Positions 50,572 through 62,600 of a stretch of DNA of 64,000 bases are shown here, piece after piece. Where the stretch lies: the NCBI GenBank assembly GCA_977017645.1, contig OZ360241.1, forward strand, positions 28,892,001-28,956,000. The letters are read 5' to 3'. How positions within the stretch are numbered: position 1 is the first letter of the stretch; every line of letters starts with the position of its first letter. The translations under genes and the position numbers were made by a program. The notes beneath the pieces are model-generated. The model was not told the DNA's origin. It saw nothing but the letters and a program-made list of their open reading frames with translations, and searched no databases. Source of the DNA: Torpedo marmorata. Its lineage: Eukaryota.

Positions 50572-52649
50572 ATTCTACTCTTAGCACAGAGCAAGCTGCT
50601 GATTTTGAAACGGTTAAAAAGGCTATACTCCAGGCTTATGAATTAGTTCCAGAGGCTTATAGACAGAAGTTTAGAAATTTAAAAAGATCAGCAACCCAAT
50701 CTTACAGAGTTTGCCTATGAAAAGGTTGTGTGTTTTGACCGGTGGTGCACATCTAAGGCGGTAAACAATGATTACAATCAATTGAGAGAATTGATACTAA
50801 TTTAGGAGATAAAAAGGTGTGTTCCTGAGGTTATTAAGGCTTACTTAGATGAAAAGGAAGTGAAAACTTGACAAAATTCAGCTAAGTTAGCAGATGAATA
50901 TGCTTTAACCCACAAGCCTAAGTGGACGTCAGGCAGAATTTTACAAAAGGGCACTGTGGATAATCCCGAGCAAGTGGAAAGTAAATTTGGAAGTGGTGTT
51001 AAGAAAAGAGATGAAGGGAAGTGGAAAAAGGAAAACCCTTCGGGTCCTTTTTGCCACTATTGTAGGAAGGCTGGTCATATGCTAGCAAGCTGTCCAGTGT
51101 TGAAAAAGAAGAGAGAAAAGGATGTAACACCTAATGCTTATATTCAGAGTGAGAAGAGGCATAACACCCAGGAAGGAGACAAATTTACTGACAAAGTTAG
51201 GGATGTATTTAAACCTTTTGTGACTGATGGTTTTGTTTCAGTTAAGGCAGGATCAAAGCAAGTTCCAGTGAAAATCTTGCGAGATACTGGAGCTGCTCAG
51301 TCACTTGTGTTAGATAGTGTCTTGGAATTTTGTGAAGCCACTGACACCAGTGAAATGAATTTAATTAAAGGAATTAGGGGTGATGTTGAGTCCATTCCTT
51401 TGCACAAAATAGTGTTGAACTCAGCCTTGGTGGAAGGATGTGTTATAATAGGAGTGAGATCAGAGTTGCCAGTAGAAGGAGTCTCACTGTTGCTAGGCAA
51501 TGACTTGGCCAAGGGTAAAGTAGTTCCTGCAGTGCGAATGACCACTAAGCCAGTCATGGATATGTAAGAGAAGGACACTGATATTTATCTGGCATGTGCC
51601 ATAACCAGGGCCATGTCTAAGAAAAATGTCACTGTAGAGAAGGCAGTGGAAAATAAATTGGTGAAAGAAAAAGTCGGTGATAATCAAAAACACCTGGAAA
51701 ATGTTGAGCAATCTCCTGTGTTACACCCATACACTGATAAGACACCTAAAGGCACTGATTTGTCACTATCCCGAAAGGAGCTAATAATAAGACAAAAGGA
51801 GGATCCTGATCTTGCTGAGGTGAGGGATAAGGTTCTCTCTGAAGAGGAGAGTAAGAAGGTGCCAGTGGGTTATTATGAAAAAGATGGGGTGTTGATGAGG
51901 AAGTGACTGGGTAATGCAGGAGGGATGGCAGGGAGATGGAATGCTTTGGGTTCAGTCCTGACCTGGGAAGCAGTCTGAGTGGAATTTATATGTTCTCCAT
52001 GTGACTACTTGTGCCTCCACTGAGTGCCGTGATTATTCCACAACTTAAAAATATGCAACTTTAAATTATTCCTTCATGTAGGTAAGCAACAAATGAATTA
52101 AAGGGGAATTTATGGCACAGGTCAAAGGACAAGGGAAATAAGAGAGGAAATGGTCCAAAAGGGATTGTACTGCTTGAAGCTGACATGAACCCAATGGGCT
52201 TGATGGCCATATTCTGTGCAGAAATAAGTATCAATTGCTTCGTAAAGTTCCTGCTGCAATTTTTGAGGTTCTTTTTCAGTATAAAATCAGTCCCATTGAT
52301 TAATTCCTTTGCTTCTGCATCCACGACTTGTTCCCCAGGGGGGACACTGACACATAACTAACGGGGAAATGCAATGTGGATGCGGTCAGTGTGAGATTTC
52401 TCTGTGTGACGTGATGGGACTGCTGGGTCTTAGCCGTCGTAGGGAGGTTATTGGTGAGTACGATTTATTTCCCAGGAGTCTGCCGAGGAGTCAAGTGCTG
52501 CAGTGTATGTGTTGTGGGAATCCAAAGCTGGGGCCAGTCCCAACACAGTGAATGAGTTGTCACAGGGTGGGGGCAGGAGGTGGGAGGAGAGAGGGAGGGT
52601 TAGGTGCAAGAGGGGTGGGAAAAGAGGGCGGGAATTCTGTGTGGAAGGA

Positions 52650-53375
52650 GGGTTGTGAGAAAGAGGGAGGAAGATCGGACAAAAGCCTGTATCCCTTGGG
52701 CACTTTCTGTCAACTCACTTTCTCTCTCCCCACTCTCCCTCTACCCCTCCCCCTCCCGCTTTCTGGCTCACTCTTTCCTCCATATCCTCTTCCTTTCTCC
52801 CTTTCCTTTTCTACCTTTATTTCTCCTTGGCACAGCGGAAGTTCAGCCATTACTCGAAATGCAATAATTCATTGGTAGGTTTCGACCACCCCATTGAATT
52901 ACCAGTGGTGGGTAGCAGTGGAGGTAGGTGCACTGGAAAAGAAGGGGACAAATTCCAGTAAGCAGTTGAAGTTGAAGGGTCGGGGAAGCTGAACTCAAGC
53001 CCCTTGCACCCGATCGCCAGGACACACCGGAGGCTGCAGTATCAGCAACAGCCAAACACCCACCAGGTGCAACCCCCAGCAACGTGCTCATTTTAATTTC
53101 TCCTTTCCCCTCACTCCCCCACCTTTGGACTCCAGCACCCGGACATCAACACCCAACAGAAGCTCGGGAACAACATCTCACATCCTGACTGGACATATTT
53201 AACCCACCAGGACCCAATCTTGAATTTAACAATGTCAGATATCCTGCCTCTCCAGTTTGTGTCAGAATTGATCAGTCCTGGTGAAATATCATTGGCCCAG
53301 AATGTTAATTCGTTTTTTTCCCTCTCACCCCTGATGCTGCCTAACCACCTGAATATTTCCAGTAAAAGCACAGAG
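52650..53375 (-). repeat. Inverted, diverged paralog of the region downstream of the C exon (about 37480-38400)
   Basis: GAGGCTGCAGTATCAGCAACAGCCAAACACC matches the reverse complement of 37975-38007, and GTTTGTGTCAGAATTG matches 37580-37595. It lacks the 193-bp insert. Confidence 0.75.
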
Positions 53376-53474
53376 ATGCTGGAGGAACTCAGCCTGTCTC
53401 GCAGCGTCCAGAGGAGGTAAAGTTCTATAACCGTCATTTTGAGCCTGAGCCCTTCCTCAAAGTATGAATTTTTT

Positions 53475-54490
53475 AAAAAGGCCTTGGAAGTGACAAACAG
53501 GCTGGAAAAGTGAGATGCAGTGGATGTTGTGTATTTGGATTTTCAGAAGGCCTTTGACAAGGTGCCGCACATGAGCCCACTTAACAAGATAAGAGCCCAT
53601 GGTATAACAGGGAACATACAAGTGTGGGTAGAACATTGGCTGATTGTCAGGAAGCAGAGCATTGGAATACAAATATCATATTCTGATTGGCTGCCAGTTG
53701 CTGGCGGTGTTCCACAGGTGTCAGTGTTGGGGCCTCTTCTTTTTATGTTGTATATTAATGATTTGGATTATGGAAAGAATGGTTTTGTAGCCAAGTTTGC
53801 AGATGATACGATGGTAGGTGGAGGAGCAGGTAGTGTAGAGGAATCACAGAGGTTGCAGGAAGATTGACAGATTAGGAGAATGGCAGAGAAGTGGCAATTG
53901 AAATATAATGTCGGAAAGTGTAAGATCAGGTACTTTGGTAGAAAAAAATAAACGGGCAGACTATTTTTTAATGGGGAGAAAATTGAAAATACCCAGATGC
54001 AAAGGGACCTGAGAGTCCTCGTGCAGGATAGTCTGAAGGTAAACTTGCATGTTGAGATGGTGGTGATAAAGGCAAATGCAATGCTGGCATTGATTTCAAG
54101 AGGAACAGAATACAAGAGCAGGGATGTGATGTTGAGGCTTTATAAGGCACTAGTCAGACCTCACTTAGAGTATTGTGAGCAGTTTTGGGCTACTCATTTA
54201 AGGAAAAAATGTGCTGATATTGGTGAGGGTTCAAAGGAGATTCACTCGGATGTTTCCGGGAATGAAAGGGTTATCATACGAGGAGAGTTTGACAGCTTTT
54301 GGCCTGTATTCGTTGGAATTTAGGAGAATGAAGGGGGGTCTCATTGAAACATTTTGAATATTGAAAGTCGTGGACAGAGTAGATGCAGAAAGGTTGTTTC
54401 CCAGAAAGTGTAGGGCAGGAGGGCACAACTTCAGGATTGAAGGGTGTCCGCTTAGAACAGAGACGCGGAGGAATTTTTCAGCCAGAGGAT
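53475..54490 (+). mobile_element. CR1 RT fragment
   Basis: DVVYLDFQKAFDKVPH, GGVPQVSVLGP, KFADDT and LVRPHLEYC. Confidence 0.9.
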
Positions 54491-54659
54491 CGAGTCGTCA
54501 AGTCAAGTCAAGGGTCATCTAATTGTACAAGTATAACCTGACGAATCAGCAATCTCCGGTCATCAGTTCAAAGCATGCAGACACACAACCAGACATAACA
54601 CACATGCAGACAAACAATACATATGCAGGACAAGTATTTCATCTATACAAATTTCCTTT

Positions 54660-55325
54660 ATTATTCCTCCCTGCTCCACTTGCACCCACACCTCCTCCTC
54701 AGCACCATTCGGGGTCCCAAACAGTCCTTCCAAGTGAAGCATCATTTCACTTGTGAATCTGCAGGTGTCATCTACTGCATCCGGTGCTCCCGCTGTGGTC
54801 TCCTCTACATCGGAGAGACTGGACGCAGACTGGAAGATCGCTTTGTTGAGCACCTCGGCTCTGTCCGCCGCAATAGCGTGGATCTCCCAGTGACCACCCA
54901 TTTCAATTCTCCATCGAATTCCCTTGTCTGTCCATGGTCTCATGCACTGCCAGACTGAGACCACCCGTAAATTGGAGGAACACCACCTCATCTTCTGACT
55001 GGGCACCTTCCAACCGATGGCATTAATATCAACTTCTCTGGCTTTCGTTAAACCCCCCCCCACGCACCCTCTTCTTCCCCAGACATGATAAATTCTCACC
55101 TAGTTCCTTATCATATCTAATTAACACCTTTTGTTGGTCTGGATTCCTCCCCCATTGTTTGAATTTTGAGACTTTCTGATTTTTCCTCGAAGAAGGGCTC
55201 AGGCCCGAAACGTCGGCAATATATCTTTGTCTCCTGTAGATGGTGAAAGGACCGGCTAAGTTCCTACAGCATTTCAGTGTGTTTACTACAATCACAGCGT
55301 CTGCAGCCTATGGTGTTTCACTGAG
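54660..55325 (+). mobile_element. Penelope 3' fragment with hammerhead-like motif (55186-55214)
   Basis: GVIYCIRCSRCGLLYIGETGRRL and CTCGAAGAAGGGCTCAGGCCCGAAACGTC. Confidence 0.85.
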
Positions 55326-55496
55326 CGGGGAAAAGGATCAGCTCATGGCTAAATGGCAGGGAAGACTCGATGGAGTGAATAGCCTATTTCTGCTCCTATG
55401 TCTTATAGTCTTATGGTCTCTGTGTTTTTTCTATAATGGAAATGCGAAGGAAGCACTAAAATACATAGTTATAACGTGAAATAAACAAATCCCTTT

Positions 55497-55776
55497 TGAG
55501 TGCAGGAGCCACCGCCACGCTGGAATGCAACATCGGGACAAAGGATGGCTATGTTGTTAGCTCCTACAAACAGACACCGGGAACAAATCCGCAATTGATA
55601 CTCACCATCACTCCTGGAGTAGCCCGAGCTCCGGTCCCGGATTCAGCAGCAACCGTTTCACAGCGAATCACAACAGCATGGCCACCGTTTACCGGTTGAT
55701 CATCAACAAGGTGGAGGTGAATGACGCTGCCGTCTATTACTGCGCGAAGTGGTTTTCATCGAGCAATACTTAGTGT
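55497..55776 (+). pseudogene. Ig light chain V pseudogene (paralog of 33568-33893)
   Basis: GATATLECNIGTKDG..DAAVYYCAKWFSSSNT*. It lacks promoter, leader and the start of FR1, and has a 4-nt deletion at about 55602 causing a frameshift. Confidence 0.93.
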
Positions 55777-55804
55777 CACAGTGAGAGGAGGTAAAACAAA
55801 AACT
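55777..55804 (+). other. Intact 12-RSS of the V pseudogene
   Basis: CACAGTG-agaggaggtaaa-ACAAAAACT. Homology to the V-J spacer continues to about 56037. Confidence 0.93.
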
Positions 55805-56044
55805 GGGAGATGCAAACATCATCCTCTTCACATCTTTGTATCGGATGAAAACATTCTAATATTTCACTCCTCATTAATTAACTATAATTTTACCTTTTAT
55901 CCTGTATTTTCAGATTCCAATCATTCCATATTTGGGAAGATTCCGAATCCCGCCGCTCACTGCCGGCTGTTGCTGCCGGTTAATGTCACCCTGGGATGCG
56001 GCTGTGAGTTCACCCCAACTGGGACACGCGGGATGTGGCGCGAG

Positions 56045-56190
56045 CGGGGGCCCCGGCACTGTATCGTCCCGTCCGTCCGGGTACCTTACCAGCGCATACT
56101 AGGAGTTCGCATGCAAGAGATGCACTTCCTCGACCAGTGGGTCCACCTTATGAGTCCTAACGTGCTTCCGGAGAAGCACCGGCCCTGGGG
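56045..56190 (-). mobile_element. Gypsy integrase C-terminal fragment (different family from the Gmr1 copies)
   Basis: My translation: PGPVLLRKHVRTHKVDPLVEEVHLLHANS*YALVRYPDGRDDTV, which resembles a Gypsy integrase tail. Confidence 0.7.
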
Positions 56191-56224
56191 TCAGAAATCT
56201 GATGTAATCTGCGCATCGAGACAA

Positions 56225-56512
56225 GCAGGTTCAGTGGAAAGCAGAAAAGTTAATGTTAAAGCCATCTGGCTGGAGAGAGCCCCGACGGAAAATGAGATGT
56301 TGTTCCCCCAATTTGCGGGTAGTCTAGGTGGGATAGTACATAAGGCCATGGACAGACATGTGAGTGTGGGAGTTTGACTCGGAATTGAAATGGTTGGCTA
56401 CTGGGAGGTCGCTGTTGTGGCGGACGGAGTGGAGGTGCTCAGCAAAGCGATCTCCCAATCTACGACCGGTCTCTCCAATGTACAGACCGGTCATAGATTG
56501 GGAGATCGCTTT
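56225..56512 (-). mobile_element. Penelope GIY-YIG fragment
   Basis: Reverse complement of 25100-25330-like sequence. Confidence 0.8.
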
Positions 56513-59500
56513 GCAGGTGGTTTATTGTCCGAAACTTCCCACTTTCTCCCTTCATTTCCCTGATGCAGTTGTTGCCGCTCTCCATCCCTCAGCCCAGAGA
56601 TGCCCCTTACTCCTCCAGTGATAATAGGGTAGGGCATTGCAGGCTTTCCACGTGAATAGTTCAGATACTAGGCTCAAACACATACTGATACTGTCATTGG
56701 AAGATTGAATTCAGTCTGAAGAGGGGGATGAAATATGGTTTCAGTAAGAGTGATTTGTGGGGCTGCCGGAACATCTGGAACATTCATTGACCGTTTGGTG
56801 GTGGAAACATCCCATCTTTACCCAGTTTGTGACTATGTCCAATCCTGCACAATGACCCTTCCCACATGAATAATTCAGACACTGGGCTCAAACACAATTG
56901 AGGATTTCAATTCAGCCTAAATGTGAGCATGAAATCTGGTCTCATCGTGTGAATCGTGGGGCTACTGGAAACACTGGAAGATTCATTCTCCCTTTGTGGG
57001 AGATGGGAGGAAACCTCCCATCTTTACCCAGTTTGTGAATGTTTCCATTCCCACCCAATGCCCTGACCTTGCAACACTACGAGGGATCTACAACCACCAA
57101 TAGAAGGCCCTCACCCAACTCCTTCTCCAGGCACCAATTGTCAGCGTTGCCAGTGACAGCCACATTCCCAGGTTGCCCAGAATCGCAATGTCTGGGGCAA
57201 TGCTCTTGGAATATCAGTATTAACAACTCGGGTAGAAAGGTGATGAGCTCCTGGGTGCTGCAGTGACACAGCTGGTAGAGTCACTGGCTCAAAGGTCCGG
57301 TGACCCAGGATCAACCCTGACACACGGTGCTGTTTGTGCGGAGGTTACAAGTTCTCCCTGTGACTGTGTGCATTTCCTTCAGCTGCTCCAGTTACCTCCC
57401 ACATCCCAAGACGTGGTTGGGCAGGTTAATTCGCTGCTGTAAATTATCCCCAGTCCAAGGATGATCAGTGGGATCTGCAGGGAGTTCAGGGAATGAGGTG
57501 AGAATGAAATGGGATTCGTTGAGGGTTTGTGTAAGTGTGTTCTTGATGAACTCAGTGGGCCAAAGGGCCTGTTTCTGAACTCCATATTTGGATGCAGCCA
57601 GACTTTATAAAGGTAGCGGAGAGGTTAAAATGGAAGAACTCAGTGATGGTTCATAAAACATAGAACATGGTGCAGCACAGGAACAGGCCCTTCTGGTCAT
57701 TATGTACGTGGCATACAGGATCCCCAAATTAAACTCAAATTCTGCTGCATACACATAATGCATATATCGTTATTCCCTGCTTATTAATATGTTCATCAAG
57801 AAACGTCTTGAACATTTCCATAATAATCCCTGGATTACTTCCCTGCTTCACTTCAGAGTGTTTGAAGAAAGAGTGGATAGTGCAAACTAATGTCTGTTTG
57901 ATGCATGAGGGAGGGGGTTAGATCATTTGGGGATGGGGACCAGATCAGGGGGAGATGCAGTCAGCCCAGGCCAGCACCTCACCAGAGCTGGGACCAGAAT
58001 CCACACGAGAAGTTTCACTGGTCCATGAGGAGAGTTTTCAGCCAGTTTGATGGAGAAAGAGCACAGGAAGCTCACACTGAAAAGGGAGCAAATGCATTAG
58101 GTGAGATAAGTAGTTCCAGAACAAGAAATACTGTATAATTTTTTCAATCAGGACCAGATTAAACATGAAACTGGATTTCAAATGCATGTGTATAAACGGA
58201 AGAAGCATATAAGGACATGTTGCTGAACTGAATGTGGAATTAAGCACATGGGTTTATGATTTCTTTGGTATTCGGGACCTCATTAAATAAAGACTGGGAA
58301 GACTGGTGTATTTTGTGGAAAAAGTGTTAATGTTATTTGTTCAGTGTCTTGTGATACCTGCTGTTGGTCACTCAGGTCTAATGTGCAGAGAGTAAGCAAG
58401 GATCATTGCTGTCTGGTGGACCATGAGCTTTATGCCATGGTTGATGCCTTGCTCTTCAAGACCCTTTTCCTCTTTCAATCAAAATGTGTGCTGACACATC
58501 AAAGACACATGGTAACTTTATCTTGGTATTTGCGGTCACTGAGAAGTTGCTGCATAGTTGTAGAAAGAGGTCTTGTTTTGAGGACTGGTAGGTTGATAAA
58601 GGAAATGTTTCTCATGGATGTTGAGAGCAAGGATCAAATTCTTGAATAAAAGCAACAGCAATGGCTTTCAGGTTATCTACTGAGTGTTTGTAAATACCAT
58701 TAAAATCTTCAGTTATTTCCAATCCCATGAGAAGTTTGTTGGAAATGAAATGCAACATTTTTGCTGCAGGAACGATTGGTAACATTTGGGGTAAGAACGC
58801 AACTTTATTTGACGTGGGTCTTCACAAAGAATGATTCTGTTGTGGAAATTTTGTGGAGTAAATGTAAGATAGGATGGAATTTCAATGGACACCGTATTTG
58901 TGGAGGGTGTTCCATCGTCCCTCCTGATTGATGATGTTAAAGGCTTTGGTGGGGTTGAGAAAGGCCACGTATGGAGACTGGTGCTGCTGTCTGAACTTTC
59001 CTTGGAATTGTTGCACAGTCAAGATCATGTCCTCTCTGCCTCTGGATGAATGGATATCACTGTGATTCAGGGAACAGCTCTATGGTCACTGGAAAAATGT
59101 GGATGAGTAGGATCCTTATGACGACTTCCCCTCTGACAGTAAGTTAGGATACCCCTATATCACAATGGACATTTCTGTGTCCATCTGTGTCCGTAACCAT
59201 CTTCAAGTCCAGATTAGCGAGAATATTGCACTGCTGATGAGGATGTCCTGGGGCATTAAAGAACTGAATCTTGCCCCTGTCCAACCCTTCCCATCCTATC
59301 CTCCTTCGACTGCCTACATCCTCTCTGTCCTGTGTCCTGAGCATAGCTTCTGACCCAGAAGATTGAGAAATCTTTTTCTCCCTCTATGGCCTCTTGTTTT
59401 AAGATTTCCTGTTGTGAATGGAAAATTAAACAGTTGACTTGAGAAGGAGGTTCAAAGCACATCCCATGATGTGCAAATGTAGGTTTCAGTCTGTGAGTGC

Positions 59501-59627
59501 TAAAGACAAGGTTGAAACATTCACAACAATGTCCAGTCAGAAATGACGAGTGGGCAATCAGCTCGATTTCCACCCAAGGTCCACTCCATCATAGAAACCA
59601 ATCTTTAGTCAATACAACTGACTCCAC
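56513..59627 (-). repeat. Inverted duplicate of the Ig L cluster upstream flank (30203-33169)
   Basis: Colinear reverse-complement match. The ORF track gives nearly identical peptides (32563.. versus 57141.., 30478.. versus 59165..). Confidence 0.92.
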
Positions 59628-59628
59628 G

Positions 59629-62600
59629 TGTTATGGACCATGACTGACCATTTGGACTGTGGACGGTCAGCAGGAAGGATGAAGTCAACCCACTCATTAC
59701 CAGATACTTTCTTAAAAGCAATAATTACAGTTATACCAAAAAAAGATAGAGATGTATTGAAAACTGAATCATATAGACCTATTTCATTGTTAAATGTAGA
59801 TTATAAGATAATGGCAAAAATTTTAGCAAATAGAATGGCTAATTATTTACCAGATTTAATTCATGTAGATCAAGCTGGTTTTATTAAATATAGATATTCA
59901 AAAGACAATATAGCTAGATTAATTAGTTTAATTAATCTACATAAAACGAAGGAAGATTTACCATTAGTTTTAACTTTAGATGCTGAAAAGGCTTTTGATA
60001 GATTAGAGTGGAATTTTTTATTTAAGGTATTGGAGAAATTTGGTTTTGGAAGTACATTTATTAATTGGATTAAAACTATATATAAAGAACCATCTGCTAA
60101 AGTAGTTACAAATGGACACATTTCTTCAAAATTTCCTTTGACTCGATCAACTAGACAAGGATGTCCTTTGTCACCAGCGTTATTTATTTTGGCGATAGAA
60201 CCTTTGGCAGAATTAGTTAGAAAAGATCCTAAAATAGTTGGTATCAAAGTTGGAATTGAAGAACATAAAATTAGTTTATTTGCAGATGATGTATTGATAT
60301 ATATGACAAAATCTACTACATCTTTAGTACAATTGTCTGTGTTATTGAGAGAATATGGGGAAATATCTGGATATAAAATTAATTCTGATAAAAGTGAAAT
60401 TATGGCATTATCACAAGGGGATTATAGTAGATGTAAAGAAATTACACAATTTAAATGGGCAAAGGAAGGAATTAAATATTTGGTAATAAGGATTGACACA
60501 AAATTGGCTAATTTATATAAATTAAATTATTTACCATTATTTGTGAAAATAAAAAAGGATTTAGAAAATTGGAAAGATTTACCTATAACTTTAATGGGAA
60601 GAGTAAATTGTATTAAAATGAATGTTTTTCCAAGAATTCAATATCTTTTTCAATCAATTCCTTATGAAATTCCTCAAAAAAATTTTAAAGATTTAAATTC
60701 AATTATTAGAATTTTTTTATGGAAAGGAAAGTTAGCAAAAGTAGGTATGGAAAAACTAACTTGGAATTATGAAATGGGTGGTTTACAACTTCCGAATTTC
60801 CAAAATTATTATAAAGCAGCTCAATTAAAATTTGTTAATGAATTTTTTGATTCAACTAAATCTTCTGCTTGGATTAAAATAGAATTAAATAATATAGGAG
60901 AAGATTCCAAAGAAGAAGTTATTTATAAATGTGATTCTAAATTAATATCAACAAGAAAGAAAATTTTTCCTATTCTTAAACATTTGTTAGAAAGATGGAA
61001 TAAGACGGATAAGGAAATAGGAAGAAAAGGATTGATTTCTTCAAGGATGCCTTTATATCAAAATGGACATATTCCATTTACTATTAATAATCAATTATTT
61101 AATATTTGGTTTCAAAAAGGAATTAAGAAAATAAATGATTGTTTTGACGCTGGGAAATTTATTACTTTTCATAGAATGAAAGATACATTTAATATATTAG
61201 ATAATACACTTTTTGCTTATTATCAAATTGGAGCTTTTCTGACTGAGAAATTAGGTTATGCTTTGATTTTACCAAGACAGAATGAATTAGAATTATTAGT
61301 TATTAAAGAATAAATTTATTTCTCAAATGTATAAATTGTTTCAGAGGAAAATTCCTAAAGTAGGAATTCATAAATCAAGATTAAAATGGGAATTAGATTT
61401 GAATGTAATAATAGATGAAAATCATTGGAAAGAATTATGTAAATTAAGTATGACGAAGATTATTAATGTTAGATATAGATTAGTACAATACAATTTTTTT
61501 CATCAATTATATTTAACACCTAAAAAATTAAAGAAATTTAATCCGACATTATCAGGTTTATGTTTTAGATGTAATAAAGAGGAAGGTTCTTTTGTACATT
61601 CTACATGGTTTTGTCCAAAAGTTTATGATTTTTGGTTGAAAGTTAAAAATTTTTTAGATAAAGTATTTAAGATTATATTTCCAATGGATCCTATGATATT
61701 TTTGTTCGGAGATATTAGAAAATTTAGTATCAAGATGAAATTAAACGTATCAAATAGAATTTTTGCGAATTGCTTTAGCTGTTTCAAAGAAATGTATTGC
61801 TATTACTTGGAAATCTGATTTAGATTTAGGATTAGAAAGATGGCATGCAGAACTTCGTTCGTGTATACCACTTGAAAAAATTACTTATAATTTATGTAAT
61901 AAATATAATTTTTTCTTAAAAATTTGGAACCCATATATGAAAGTTGTTGGTTTAAGGATTTGAAGATCTTTGTGTATCGGATCTACTGGCATACCTGACC
62001 TCCATAATAGAATTAGTTTATAGATGTATGTTTTTTTTTAGATTGGCATTCTCCTTACTCTATCTTTTTCTTTCTTCTTTTTTTTTCTCTTTTTCTATTT
62101 TTATTTTATATTTTTTATTTTTATTAGATTAGTTGGGTTGGGAGGGTTGGGGAGGGGAGGGTGGGAGGGGAGGTGAAAATGTATCACAAATATTTTGATA
62201 ATTTCATATTTTATTTTATGTATTTTGTGATTTAAAATTTTAAATAAAATATTTTTTAAAAAAAGGAAGGATGAAGTCATTTGGAGTACACACTGGGACC
62301 AGGTACTGAAAGAGTCAACTTGCCCAGGACTGAGAGAGAGACACCGAGAGAAGGACAGGCTGTGGAAAGATACTTTGTTGCATTTTTGCAAAAGCAGGTG
62401 CAAAACTCTGCAAAAAGCATTCAGTCTGGAGTTGCAAAAGGCTAGATCAAAAACCAGGCTTGTGCATTCCAGTGAAAAAGGCTGCGAGAATAGCACATGG
62501 CCTCCTGTATCAGCAAAATCCTGATTTAAACAACTTTCATGGAGAAGAGGCGTGAGATCAGCGAGACAGGTTGTGAGATCCAAGTATACGCCTCAATCAA

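Larger units (their letters stand above)
49027..51905 (+). mobile_element. Second tandem Gmr1-type internal region sharing the middle LTR, 3'-truncated
   Basis: Colinear with 44202-46260 (gag, knuckle, protease). It ends at GATGAGGAAGTG. Confidence 0.9.

Noticed and set aside
55721-56377. 218-aa ORF
   Set aside because: It is a chance read-through across out-of-frame pseudo-V, RSS, spacer and antisense TE fragments.
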